DNA from: Minisyncoccota bacterium
Lineage (GTDB): Bacteria > Patescibacteriota > Minisyncoccia > Phycocordibacterales > PALSA-1337
Assembly: GCA_018060945.1 (NCBI GenBank)
Contig: JAGOVB010000004.1
Location: forward strand, 1-42,251
Length of the DNA stretch: 42,251 bases
Reading direction: 5' to 3'
The position numbers and the translations under genes are program-made. Numbering within the stretch: position 1 is the stretch's first letter; every line of letters starts with the position of its first letter. This document shows, piece after piece, positions 34,947 to 42,251 of this stretch. The notes below the pieces were generated by a model, which did not search any database, was not told where the DNA came from, and saw only the letters and a list, made by a program, of their open reading frames with translations.

Positions 34947-35848
34947 ATATTTTGTATTATGTCGTCAATATTCTGTATTATAGTTGAACCTACGTCCTTG
35001 GCAACTCCGACGTCCGTAGAGAGGATTTTGAGCCCCGCAGCGTGGGCTTCGGCGAGTGTCATGCCGTACCCCTCATAAAGTGACGTATTGATAAAGATAT
35101 CAGCAGTCTTATAGAAAGAAGCAGTATCCTTTCTCCAGCCGAAAAATGAAACTGGTAGCCCTATCGCCTTTTTTTCTAGTAGCCTTCTCTGAGAGCCATC
35201 CCCTACAATAACGAGATGAACATTTTTTAGCTGTCTTACTGCCTCGATCGCCATATCGACCCTTTTTTCTTTTTCTAATCTCGAAATGCAAAGCAGGATT
35301 TTCTTTCCAGGAAATTCTTTATGTAGGTCCACTGTGATCAGAGCATCTTTTATCGTAGACACATCGACGGCGATCGGACGTACCTCTATTTTATCTTGAT
35401 CAACATATCGAGTGATATATTCTTTTATCTTATTTGAAACTACACGAACGTGATCTGCATATGAAAGTGTATACTTTGCCAGATATGTCCTGATTTTATT
35501 TTTTATATTTTCATTTTGGAAATAAGGGCTGCCGATGTCGGTATGTATTTGTAATTCGAGATGGAGTGGGTGTCGCTTTTTTAAAAGCACGCCAATAAGG
35601 CCATTTTCAAAAGGATCTTGGCATGTGACATGCGTGATATTTCTTGTCTTGAGCAAAAATCGAGCCAGTCCATACCTCCACCACGAACAGTAAACCCAGA
35701 CGTTTTGTCCCAAATGCATTTCTCTCGCCTTGCCCCGAAGGAGGATGTGTACTTCTTCAAACTCTTTAGCATATTCAATCTGCCGCAATGCAACAGCGCT
35801 TTGCGGATCGAGTATATTCTTGTCATTTGAGATCATTAAAAGCTTCAT
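34943..35848 (-). CDS. Glycosyltransferase family 4; probable start MKLLMIS at 35848
   Basis: SRLEKEK, EGYGMTLAEA; ATGA overlap with the upstream gene. Confidence 0.9.
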   Translation of the reverse strand: MKLLMISNDKNILDPQSAVALRQIEYAKEFEEVHILLRGKAREMHLGQNVWVYCSWWRYGLARFLLKTRNITHVTCQDPFENGLIGVLLKKRHPLHLELQIHTDIGSPYFQNENIKNKIRTYLAKYTLSYADHVRVVSNKIKEYITRYVDQDKIEVRPIAVDVSTIKDALITVDLHKEFPGKKILLCISRLEKEKRVDMAIEAVRQLKNVHLVIVGDGSQRRLLEKKAIGLPVSFFGWRKDTASFYKTADIFINTSLYEGYGMTLAEAHAAGLKILSTDVGVAKDVGSTIIQNIDDIIQNI

Positions 35849-36789
35849 ATAAGTTTCAAAAATTCTTGAGCTATTTCTTCCCAAGAATGCGTAAAGGTAA
35901 ATGCTTCGACCTTCTTTTTCTGCGCATCGTAATTATTTATTAGCCAATTCACCTTCTCTTCAATTTCAATAGGATTTTTAGGATCTACAAAAATAGCACA
36001 ATCCTTTATCCGCTCAGTCAGGCCATTTTCTTTTGTCAGAATAAACGGTTTATTGCGTGCGATTGCGTCCAAAATCATATTTGGACTAACGTCACCAAGA
36101 GACACGAGGATGACTGCATAACAATCTGACATAGCCCGCATCATTTCTTCATACGTCATCTGCTTTGTCACCACTCCTTCCGGCAAACTATCAAGATTTT
36201 TCCAAACCAATGATCGTGTAGAACCCAAGATTGTCTTGTTTTTAGTTTCGCATGAAATTTTTGGTCCGTAGAAATTTTCAATAATAGAGACTTTCTTTTC
36301 ATCAAGGGAGTATGGTTTTTCCCAAATATCTTTTTGCCAATTTGTACTAAAGACAACCCTACTTGCCCACCGTAGAGTAAATCTTGTTAAAGAAAATATT
36401 ATTTTTTCTTTAACATTTAAGTCTGGTTTGGAATAAAAGTCTTTTAAGAGGATTTTTTGTCTTGTACGCTCAACATGCCCTTCCCAGAGGAAATCTCCCC
36501 CCGTTCGAATGACAACAGGTACTCCTAAAATTTTTCCAGCGAGAACAGCTGGAAAGCCAACAGAGAATGTATCGAGCGCAAGAATAAAGTCCGCTGCCAT
36601 AACTGCGGGTAGAATTTTGAAAAAAAAATATAAATGACGGATACCTGTAGGTAGTTTGTGTTCAAGGTTGTACGTCTTTACTGTCACGTGGTGACCCTGT
36701 TTTGACCAAGTCTCATATAGGCTTTTTGCATATTGCGCAGGTCCACCAATGGAAGGAGGGTATATTCCGGTAGCAATCAAGATATTCAT
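35845..36789 (-). CDS. Glycosyltransferase family 4
   Basis: TGIYPPSIGGPA, DVSPNMILDA. Confidence 0.88.
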   Translation of the reverse strand: MNILIATGIYPPSIGGPAQYAKSLYETWSKQGHHVTVKTYNLEHKLPTGIRHLYFFFKILPAVMAADFILALDTFSVGFPAVLAGKILGVPVVIRTGGDFLWEGHVERTRQKILLKDFYSKPDLNVKEKIIFSLTRFTLRWASRVVFSTNWQKDIWEKPYSLDEKKVSIIENFYGPKISCETKNKTILGSTRSLVWKNLDSLPEGVVTKQMTYEEMMRAMSDCYAVILVSLGDVSPNMILDAIARNKPFILTKENGLTERIKDCAIFVDPKNPIEIEEKVNWLINNYDAQKKKVEAFTFTHSWEEIAQEFLKLI

Positions 36790-36791
36790 GG

Positions 36792-37919
36792 CTACAGTAT
36801 ACTAAATATTCCGCTTTTCATCTTTGCAGCTACAATATCCCAGGTATATTTCTCTTTCACCATAGTATATGCATTTATGATAATGCGACGATATAGCTTT
36901 TCGTCATTGATCAAAAGCTCAACCTGATCAGCAATGCTTTTTGGATTATTTACCTCGCAAAACAAACCAGTCTTTCCTTCTACCAAAAAGTCGACAATTC
37001 CACCCACAGGAGTGGTGATCACGGGTAACCCTGCTGCCATCGCTTCGACAAAAGATACACCGAAGCCTTCAGAAAGTGACGGTCGGATAAAGATATCTGA
37101 CTGATGTAAGTATGCTGGCAATTCTCTGTTTGGCACAAAACCAACAAAATTTACTCGAGACTCTAGATTGAGGCTTTTGGTAAGTACTCTCAATTCTTGT
37201 TCTAATGGACCGATTCCCAAGATCAATAACTTGATATTTGGAGCAAGATGCGTAAGTGATTTTATAATATCCCCCACCGCATTCTTTTTAACCAAACGTG
37301 AGGTAGTGATCAGAAATATTTCACCTTTTTCTTTTTTAAGTGGAAAGACTTTTGTTTCTTGAGAGAAATGTTTGATGTCTACACCATTAGGTACAACAAT
37401 GATTGGACAGGTAGCGCCCATCTCCTTTGCAAAATCTGCTAAATAATTTGAAAGAACTTGTACAACATTTGCTTTTGAAAAAAGCAATTTAAAAAATGGC
37501 CAGATCGGACGAGCTCTTCGCTTGATATAATCAAGAGGATCACCTTCCTGTAGCGTGAGGATAAGCGGGATACTTGGGTATATTAGCTTGAGCAGTACGG
37601 CAGCGACTGAGTGATACGTGGCCATCATCACCCACATACCATCATACTTATGCTGATGTACCAAGGTTAATGCTTCCCAAAAACCGGTAAGCGGGAGAAG
37701 ATATTTTTGTAATTCCTTTGCAAACGTAAAGCCAACTCTATATATCGTCACATTACCAATCTTTTCGACATGCGGCAACCGTGAGTCCATACGAAGCGTG
37801 ATCATGTCAAAATCATAGTCATCACCCAGAAGATCTGTCGTCTCTTTTATCGCGACTTCAGCCCCACCGATATAGCGTGGCAAATACACCAGTGAAAATA
37901 TAAGTATCCGTTTTTTCAT
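36792..37919 (-). CDS. Glycosyltransferase family 4
   Basis: YIGGAE, PNGVD, SRLVKKN, EGFGVSFVEAMAAG. Confidence 0.93.
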   Translation of the reverse strand: MKKRILIFSLVYLPRYIGGAEVAIKETTDLLGDDYDFDMITLRMDSRLPHVEKIGNVTIYRVGFTFAKELQKYLLPLTGFWEALTLVHQHKYDGMWVMMATYHSVAAVLLKLIYPSIPLILTLQEGDPLDYIKRRARPIWPFFKLLFSKANVVQVLSNYLADFAKEMGATCPIIVVPNGVDIKHFSQETKVFPLKKEKGEIFLITTSRLVKKNAVGDIIKSLTHLAPNIKLLILGIGPLEQELRVLTKSLNLESRVNFVGFVPNRELPAYLHQSDIFIRPSLSEGFGVSFVEAMAAGLPVITTPVGGIVDFLVEGKTGLFCEVNNPKSIADQVELLINDEKLYRRIIINAYTMVKEKYTWDIVAAKMKSGIFSIL

Positions 37920-37920
37920 A

Positions 37921-39537
37921 TCAGTCTTTCAGGAGATTCTCGAGGACTTCTTTTGGTACTTCGTGCACAGTTTCATCTTTTTTTGGTTCAGGTTTTGGTT
38001 CTGGTTTTTTTTCTTGAGGTTTTGGTAAATCCTTTAAAACCGCAGCAAGTGCATCTTTCAACTGGTTTTTGTTCTGTTGGCTGATTTCTTTGGGTTTGTT
38101 TACGATCGGGTTTGGCTTTGTTGGTGTGTGAGCTGGCGCAGGTGTTGGTATAGATACAGTTGGTGCAGGAATAGATTTTGCAACCGGTTTCAACTCAGCC
38201 CTTACCTCTACCTTTGGAGCCTCGGCTTTTGGTTGTGGTGTCGGTTTCTTTACTGGTGAATGCCAATCGACAATACTTGTTTCAACGATGCTCTTTGGCG
38301 AAGAGAATTGCTTTCGTGACATCTCGATCACTTCTGCACGGTGTGTTTTTTCTGGGTTAGGTATCGGTGGAAGCGTGGTAGCAGAAAATGGTTGTGAGCT
38401 CACCCCATCGATCATGAGTTTCAAATATATCTGTGCAAAACCAAGGTTTACTAGATCCTCCATAGTAAACTGAGGCGCAAACTCCTTTTCTAGAAATTCA
38501 GCATCAAAAGCACCTACACGAAATACGATCATCGTGCCAACGTTACCGAATACAGCAGAGCTCACTTCCTCCTCCATTTGTTCAATATATTGGTGAGCGA
38601 TAGTTAGATTCAACTTGTATTTTCGAGCCTCAGACAAGATGTCAGCAAATGACTCGTTTGCAAAGTTTTGGAACTCGTCGACAAAGAGATAAAAGTTGGG
38701 CAATGTTTTGAGCACTCGATCTGGTACGTCTGCTCGTGACATCGCTGCAAGATATATTTTGGTGATGAGCATTCCACCCAAGAGATTTGCATTTGCTTCA
38801 CCGATCCGTCCTTTTGAAAGATTGACAATGATGATCTTTTTGGTGTCCATCAGTTTTCGGATATCGAAAGATGACTTTGACTGTCCAATCATGTTTCGAA
38901 TAAGTGGATTTGCAGTAAACTGTCCGATTTTGTTTTGGATTGCAGGCACCGCCTCGGCTGCCATACGTTCGGTATATTTTGCGAACTCATCTACCCAAAA
39001 TGATTTTACTGAAACATCTGAAATATTGTCGACTACTTTTTTTCTAAAATCTTTATCAGAAAGCATGCGGTTTACACCGAGGAGTGTTGCGTCGGGATAC
39101 TCCAACAGTGCAAGTAGTGTGTTGGTCAAAATATATTCCATTCGAGCAGACCACGCATCTTGCCAGATCTTTTTAAAAGTAGACATGAGCCCAGCTACTA
39201 CCAAGTGGCGCTTGTCTGGATCTACACTCTCAAGCACATTAAATGATAAGGGAAAATCGGTATCAAATGGTGCAAAGTACACGACATCCTTTATTCGATT
39301 TTCTGGGATATAGTCGAGGAGGAGCTCTGCTGTCTTGCCGTGAGGGTCGATAAAGGCCATACCTTCACCATTTTTGATATCCTGTACTGCCATATTTTCA
39401 AGTAGGGTCGACTTACCCATACCTGTTTTTCCTATGACATATACATGGCGAGTACGGTCTTTTGCTTTTATACCAAAAGGTACCTTCTTATTTCGAGAAT
39501 CGGTCTCTGCAAAATACGTAACTAGTTCGTCATTCAT
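37921..39537 (-). CDS. VirD4/TrwB/HerA-like P-loop ATPase (DUF87-type) with a Pro/Lys-rich C-terminal tail
   Basis: RHVYVIGKTGMGKS, FIDPHG, YLFVDEFQN, EARKYKL, AHQY. Confidence 0.9.
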   Translation of the reverse strand: MNDELVTYFAETDSRNKKVPFGIKAKDRTRHVYVIGKTGMGKSTLLENMAVQDIKNGEGMAFIDPHGKTAELLLDYIPENRIKDVVYFAPFDTDFPLSFNVLESVDPDKRHLVVAGLMSTFKKIWQDAWSARMEYILTNTLLALLEYPDATLLGVNRMLSDKDFRKKVVDNISDVSVKSFWVDEFAKYTERMAAEAVPAIQNKIGQFTANPLIRNMIGQSKSSFDIRKLMDTKKIIIVNLSKGRIGEANANLLGGMLITKIYLAAMSRADVPDRVLKTLPNFYLFVDEFQNFANESFADILSEARKYKLNLTIAHQYIEQMEEEVSSAVFGNVGTMIVFRVGAFDAEFLEKEFAPQFTMEDLVNLGFAQIYLKLMIDGVSSQPFSATTLPPIPNPEKTHRAEVIEMSRKQFSSPKSIVETSIVDWHSPVKKPTPQPKAEAPKVEVRAELKPVAKSIPAPTVSIPTPAPAHTPTKPNPIVNKPKEISQQNKNQLKDALAAVLKDLPKPQEKKPEPKPEPKKDETVHEVPKEVLENLLKD

Positions 39538-39565
39538 GTTTTTAAAATTGTACCATAAAACAGTT

Positions 39566-39597
39566 AGCGCGGCACACCTTAACAGGTGTGCCGCGCT
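39566..39597. terminator. Perfect 14-bp stem-loop after the 64 aa ORF (terminator-like, weak U tract)
   Basis: AGCGCGGCACACCT-TAAC-AGGTGTGCCGCGCT. Confidence 0.65.
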
Positions 39598-39609
39598 TGA
39601 GGCTTTCGT

Positions 39610-39804
39610 TCAGTTCTCCTTGGGGTAATACTTGACAGGGTTGGCTTCGCCAGGGTTCATGATGACACCCCGGTCACGCGGCTTCATGGACCGTTCTCGA
39701 GGATCATCAGTACCACCGCTCGGCTGCTGATACCCTCCTCCGTAGGAATGAGGGTTCAGGGCTTTGGTTGAGGGACCGACTGAGTTGTTGTCTTGTCGTG
39801 CCAT
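39610..39804 (-). CDS. Small GC-rich hypothetical protein (64 aa, predicted disordered)
   Basis: ATG-to-TGA ORF with many C/G third positions, followed by a strong hairpin. Confidence 0.5.
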   Translation of the reverse strand: MARQDNNSVGPSTKALNPHSYGGGYQQPSGGTDDPRERSMKPRDRGVIMNPGEANPVKYYPKEN

Positions 39805-39888
39805 TGTGGCAAACTTTGATGTGAGTGGACTGTTTTGCGCTACATTTTCTAATGCACGGCGCTAACAGTTATCCGGATATAAATACTA

Positions 39889-41085
39889 TCACTCTATTGT
39901 TGTTGTGGCAAATGTTTTTTCTGGGGAAAGAAACGCGCCAGCTGTGTATCGGTTTGAAGCGTTCCAGATAAGGTAGCTATCGAGACCTACATCGTAGGTA
40001 GCTTTGATCTGAGCTTTTACTTCAGGTGCGCCATATGTCACCCCATAAATACTAAAATCTTGTAGCCACGGACGGAGTTTTTTTATTGAAATTGGAGACG
40101 ACGAGGCAACGGTTGCATTAAGATTCTTTACTTTATTGATACCTCCCTGCATCGCGATTTGTATCACCTCATATGGTTTTGTATTTGGATTTGCGAACCC
40201 GTTAAAGTTTTTTGGATAGTGTGACGGATAGACCATCGGGTAGACATAATCAAAATATATGAGTGCATCCTCCAGTACCTGACCGATACCGAGATCGTCG
40301 CTGTTTGTAGTGGTCATACCGAACAAGTCTGCTGATATTGGAACATTACCCATATGCTTATCGACATATGCGTAAAATCCTTTTAGGACAGCCGACTTAC
40401 TTTTTCCTTCGCTAAATGGATAGCGGATATCTTTCATGTCTCCGTCTGATGGAAAACGAATATAGTCGAAATTTATTTCATCGAAACCGAGTGCATGAGA
40501 CTCTTTTGCAATTGCTACGAGGTATTCCCACATAGGCTCTGCTCCCGCATCGATCCAGCTTATTCCCTTGTGATCTTTCCAAACAGCACCATCACTCGCA
40601 CGCTTTACCGCAAGTTCAGGGTGGACCTTTACCATATGAGCGTCCTGAAAACACGATAGACGACCGATGACGTATATACCTTTTTTGTGTAGTTCGTCGA
40701 TAAACTCTTTTATATCGACAATTCTCCTTTCTGAAGAATTGAATTTACTCAAATACTCCGACGGAATTTCAAAAGAAACTTTTCCTGTGTAGTCCTTGAT
40801 ATCAATAACCACTGCATTGAGCTCCGTATCCTCAATCAATCTTACAAGTGGAGTGCGCAACGAACGTGTTCCTGCAACGTATGAAGTCATATAAATTGCT
40901 TTGACTTGTTCGGGTGGTTTGATATGAGTGACAACAAATGCGGGCTTCTCAGGAGTAGTCGATGCGACCGCGACGACTGTCGTCGCCTCGTAATGCGCAA
41001 CTTCAAATGAAGGTAAAGCCTGAACAAGTACAACCAGTAGGATGAGGAGACAAACAATTCCGAATATCCAAGCGATAGCCTTCAT
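39889..41085 (-). CDS. Putative glycoside hydrolase (DUF4015-like TIM barrel) with an N-terminal membrane anchor
   Basis: VKAIYMT, NAVVIDIKD, GFDEINFDYIRFP, SADLFG, PMVYPSHY, RPWLQDF, WNASNRY. Confidence 0.87.
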   Translation of the reverse strand: MKAIAWIFGIVCLLILLVVLVQALPSFEVAHYEATTVVAVASTTPEKPAFVVTHIKPPEQVKAIYMTSYVAGTRSLRTPLVRLIEDTELNAVVIDIKDYTGKVSFEIPSEYLSKFNSSERRIVDIKEFIDELHKKGIYVIGRLSCFQDAHMVKVHPELAVKRASDGAVWKDHKGISWIDAGAEPMWEYLVAIAKESHALGFDEINFDYIRFPSDGDMKDIRYPFSEGKSKSAVLKGFYAYVDKHMGNVPISADLFGMTTTNSDDLGIGQVLEDALIYFDYVYPMVYPSHYPKNFNGFANPNTKPYEVIQIAMQGGINKVKNLNATVASSSPISIKKLRPWLQDFSIYGVTYGAPEVKAQIKATYDVGLDSYLIWNASNRYTAGAFLSPEKTFATTTIE

Positions 41086-41280
41086 TTATACTGTGTGATT
41101 ATATGATTCAGAAAATGTGTCAACGTGAGTGTGACTTTTCCAATTTCCTTTAAAGGCAACATAGACCAAGCCAAGTCCAATCAATACAAACAAAATACTC
41201 TTCCAAAACATGGGAACTCCAAGCCAAGGCAATATGATAATAGCAACTCCAATCAGTACAAGAATTTGACGTTGTGACAT
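41086..41280 (-). CDS. Small two-TM membrane protein (64 aa); probable start MSQRQIL at 41280
   Basis: ILVLIGVAIIILPWLGVPMFWKSILFVLIGLGLVYV; TATAAT 6 nt before the ATG. Confidence 0.75.
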   Translation of the reverse strand: MSQRQILVLIGVAIIILPWLGVPMFWKSILFVLIGLGLVYVAFKGNWKSHTHVDTFSESYNHTV

Positions 41281-41345
41281 GTGTCTATTATACCTGCATT
41301 TTACAAATGTGGTAGTATATTTGCAGCACAGCCTGTGGAAATGGT

Positions 41346-41660
41346 ATGAACGAGAAATTACATCATCTCCATCCATTCACCGAACGGTTGGGGTTCATTT
41401 TAAAAAGAGGCCAAAAAGCCTACACCGGACAAGGCACCATGCTTGTTTGTGATCCTGTGGAATTGAGCTTTACATGCCGTTGGTGGCGACCAGTGAAATT
41501 GACTCGAGACAGACCAGTCCTGATCAAAGGCAAAGAAATCCGTAAGACCGTCTTTACATTTCGCTTGCGCGACTGGGAAATACTTTCACACGATGGGCAG
41601 ATGGTCGAAATCGCTGACGTCAACAGACGGAACTCAATTATCCTCACTCCGATCACGTAA
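41346..41660 (+). CDS. Hypothetical protein (104 aa)
   Basis: ORF fills the gap between genes, GC richer than its flanks, and ends at a hairpin. Confidence 0.55.
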   Translation: MNEKLHHLHPFTERLGFILKRGQKAYTGQGTMLVCDPVELSFTCRWWRPVKLTRDRPVLIKGKEIRKTVFTFRLRDWEILSHDGQMVEIADVNRRNSIILTPIT

Positions 41661-41690
41661 CGCCTCCACTCTCGAAAAGACTGGTGGCGT
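41660..41690. terminator. Imperfect hairpin between convergent genes
   Basis: ACGCC-T-CCA-C-TCT-CGAAA-AGA-C-TGG-T-GGCGT. Confidence 0.4.
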
Positions 41691-41695
41691 TTACC

Positions 41696-42251
41696 TTAAT
41701 AGACCACCACCACAAACTCTCCCCTCACCTTGTCAGCATTTTTTGTAAAATATGAGAGTACTTCTTCTGGACTGCCTTTTATAACTTGTTCAAACATCTT
41801 CGTCAGTTCGCGTGCGATGCCAATATTCTTTTTTGTTCCCTGCAACGCTTCGAGGCTTTTTATAATACGATGTGGTGATTCATAAAACACAGAAGTCCTT
41901 TCACTTTCTTTTATTTCAGTAAACAAAGTCTGTCGTCCTTTTTTATGCGGCAAAAATCCATAGAAAGTAAACTGATCACACGGAACACCCAAAATAGAGA
42001 GCGCTGTAGTAAGTGCAGAAGCCCCAGGAACTGACTCTACTTTAAAACCTGCTTCCAAAACTTGCTGTACCAAAAAAGATCCTGGGTCAGATATCCCCGG
42101 AGTACCTGCATCAGACACTAGTGCGAGATTTTTCCCCTCTTTTAAATAGTCGATGATCTTTTCTATTTTCCCATCAGTACTGTGCATGTGATAGCTTTCT
42201 GTCGGAGTCTTGATTTCATAGTTAGACAAGAGTACCCGAGTTGTTCTGGTA
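41696..42251 (-). CDS. rsmI: 16S rRNA (cytidine-2'-O)-methyltransferase, 5' end outside the window
   Basis: The frame continues past the track's start (TRTTRVLLSNYEI). ALVSDAGTPGISDPG, GFLP, FYESPHR, RELTKMFE, RGEFVVV. Confidence 0.95.
   Translation of the reverse strand, partial: TRTTRVLLSNYEIKTPTESYHMHSTDGKIEKIIDYLKEGKNLALVSDAGTPGISDPGSFLVQQVLEAGFKVESVPGASALTTALSILGVPCDQFTFYGFLPHKKGRQTLFTEIKESERTSVFYESPHRIIKSLEALQGTKKNIGIARELTKMFEQVIKGSPEEVLSYFTKNADKVRGEFVVVVY

Noticed and set aside
38696-39313. 205 aa plus-strand ORF
   Set aside because: Antisense shadow of the conserved ATPase core.
37921-39888. Conjugative element or integron around the ATPase
   Set aside because: No relaxase, integrase, T4SS genes or complete attC structure; flanking genes are chromosomal.
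41420-41656. 78 aa minus-strand ORF
   Set aside because: Fully antisense to the longer 104 aa ORF, lacks an ATG start and looks less protein-like.
1-42251. CRISPR arrays, tRNA/rRNA genes, transposases, alternative genetic code
   Set aside because: No regularly spaced repeats, cloverleaf or rRNA signatures, or transposase motifs were seen. TGA ends coupled genes and long ORFs are intact under code 11.

Overview
A 42 kb chromosomal window, standard code 11 and AT-rich. Gene content and architecture point to a Patescibacteria/CPR (probably Parcubacteria) genome; this is an inference. Left arm: the 5' part of a giant Thr/Ser-rich surface protein with an N-terminal HTH (missing from the ORF track because it runs off the window), then gatB, two orphans, obgE, an AI-2E transporter, a compact secA and murB. 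Centre (about 11.3-37.9 kb): a ~27 kb surface-glycosylation locus. It encodes an O-antigen-ligase-like transferase with TPRs, a NeuC/NeuB/NeuA nonulosonic acid pathway with atypical motifs, and three tandem plus one stand-alone TagF/KpsS-like GT-B proteins. It also encodes a cupin, a 2-hydroxyacid dehydrogenase, a 2OG-Fe(II) dioxygenase, four methyltransferases, a GT9, a flippase, a GT-C/GT2/GtrA trio, four GT4s and a shortened UDP-sugar dehydrogenase. Right arm: a VirD4/HerA-like ATPase, a DUF4015-like glycoside hydrolase, small proteins and partial rsmI. No rRNA, tRNA, CRISPR array, integrase or transposase was seen. Most notable signal: the 200 bp upstream of murB holds a candidate ~80 nt sRNA with two segments perfectly complementary, in antiparallel order, to a hairpin-locked murB leader, and that leader also carries a 22-codon uORF coupled to murB. 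Other signals: candidate novel nonulosonate transferases, five GC-rich single-gene inserts, and a -10 box 6-9 nt before the ATG of at least 11 genes (probable leaderless mRNAs).
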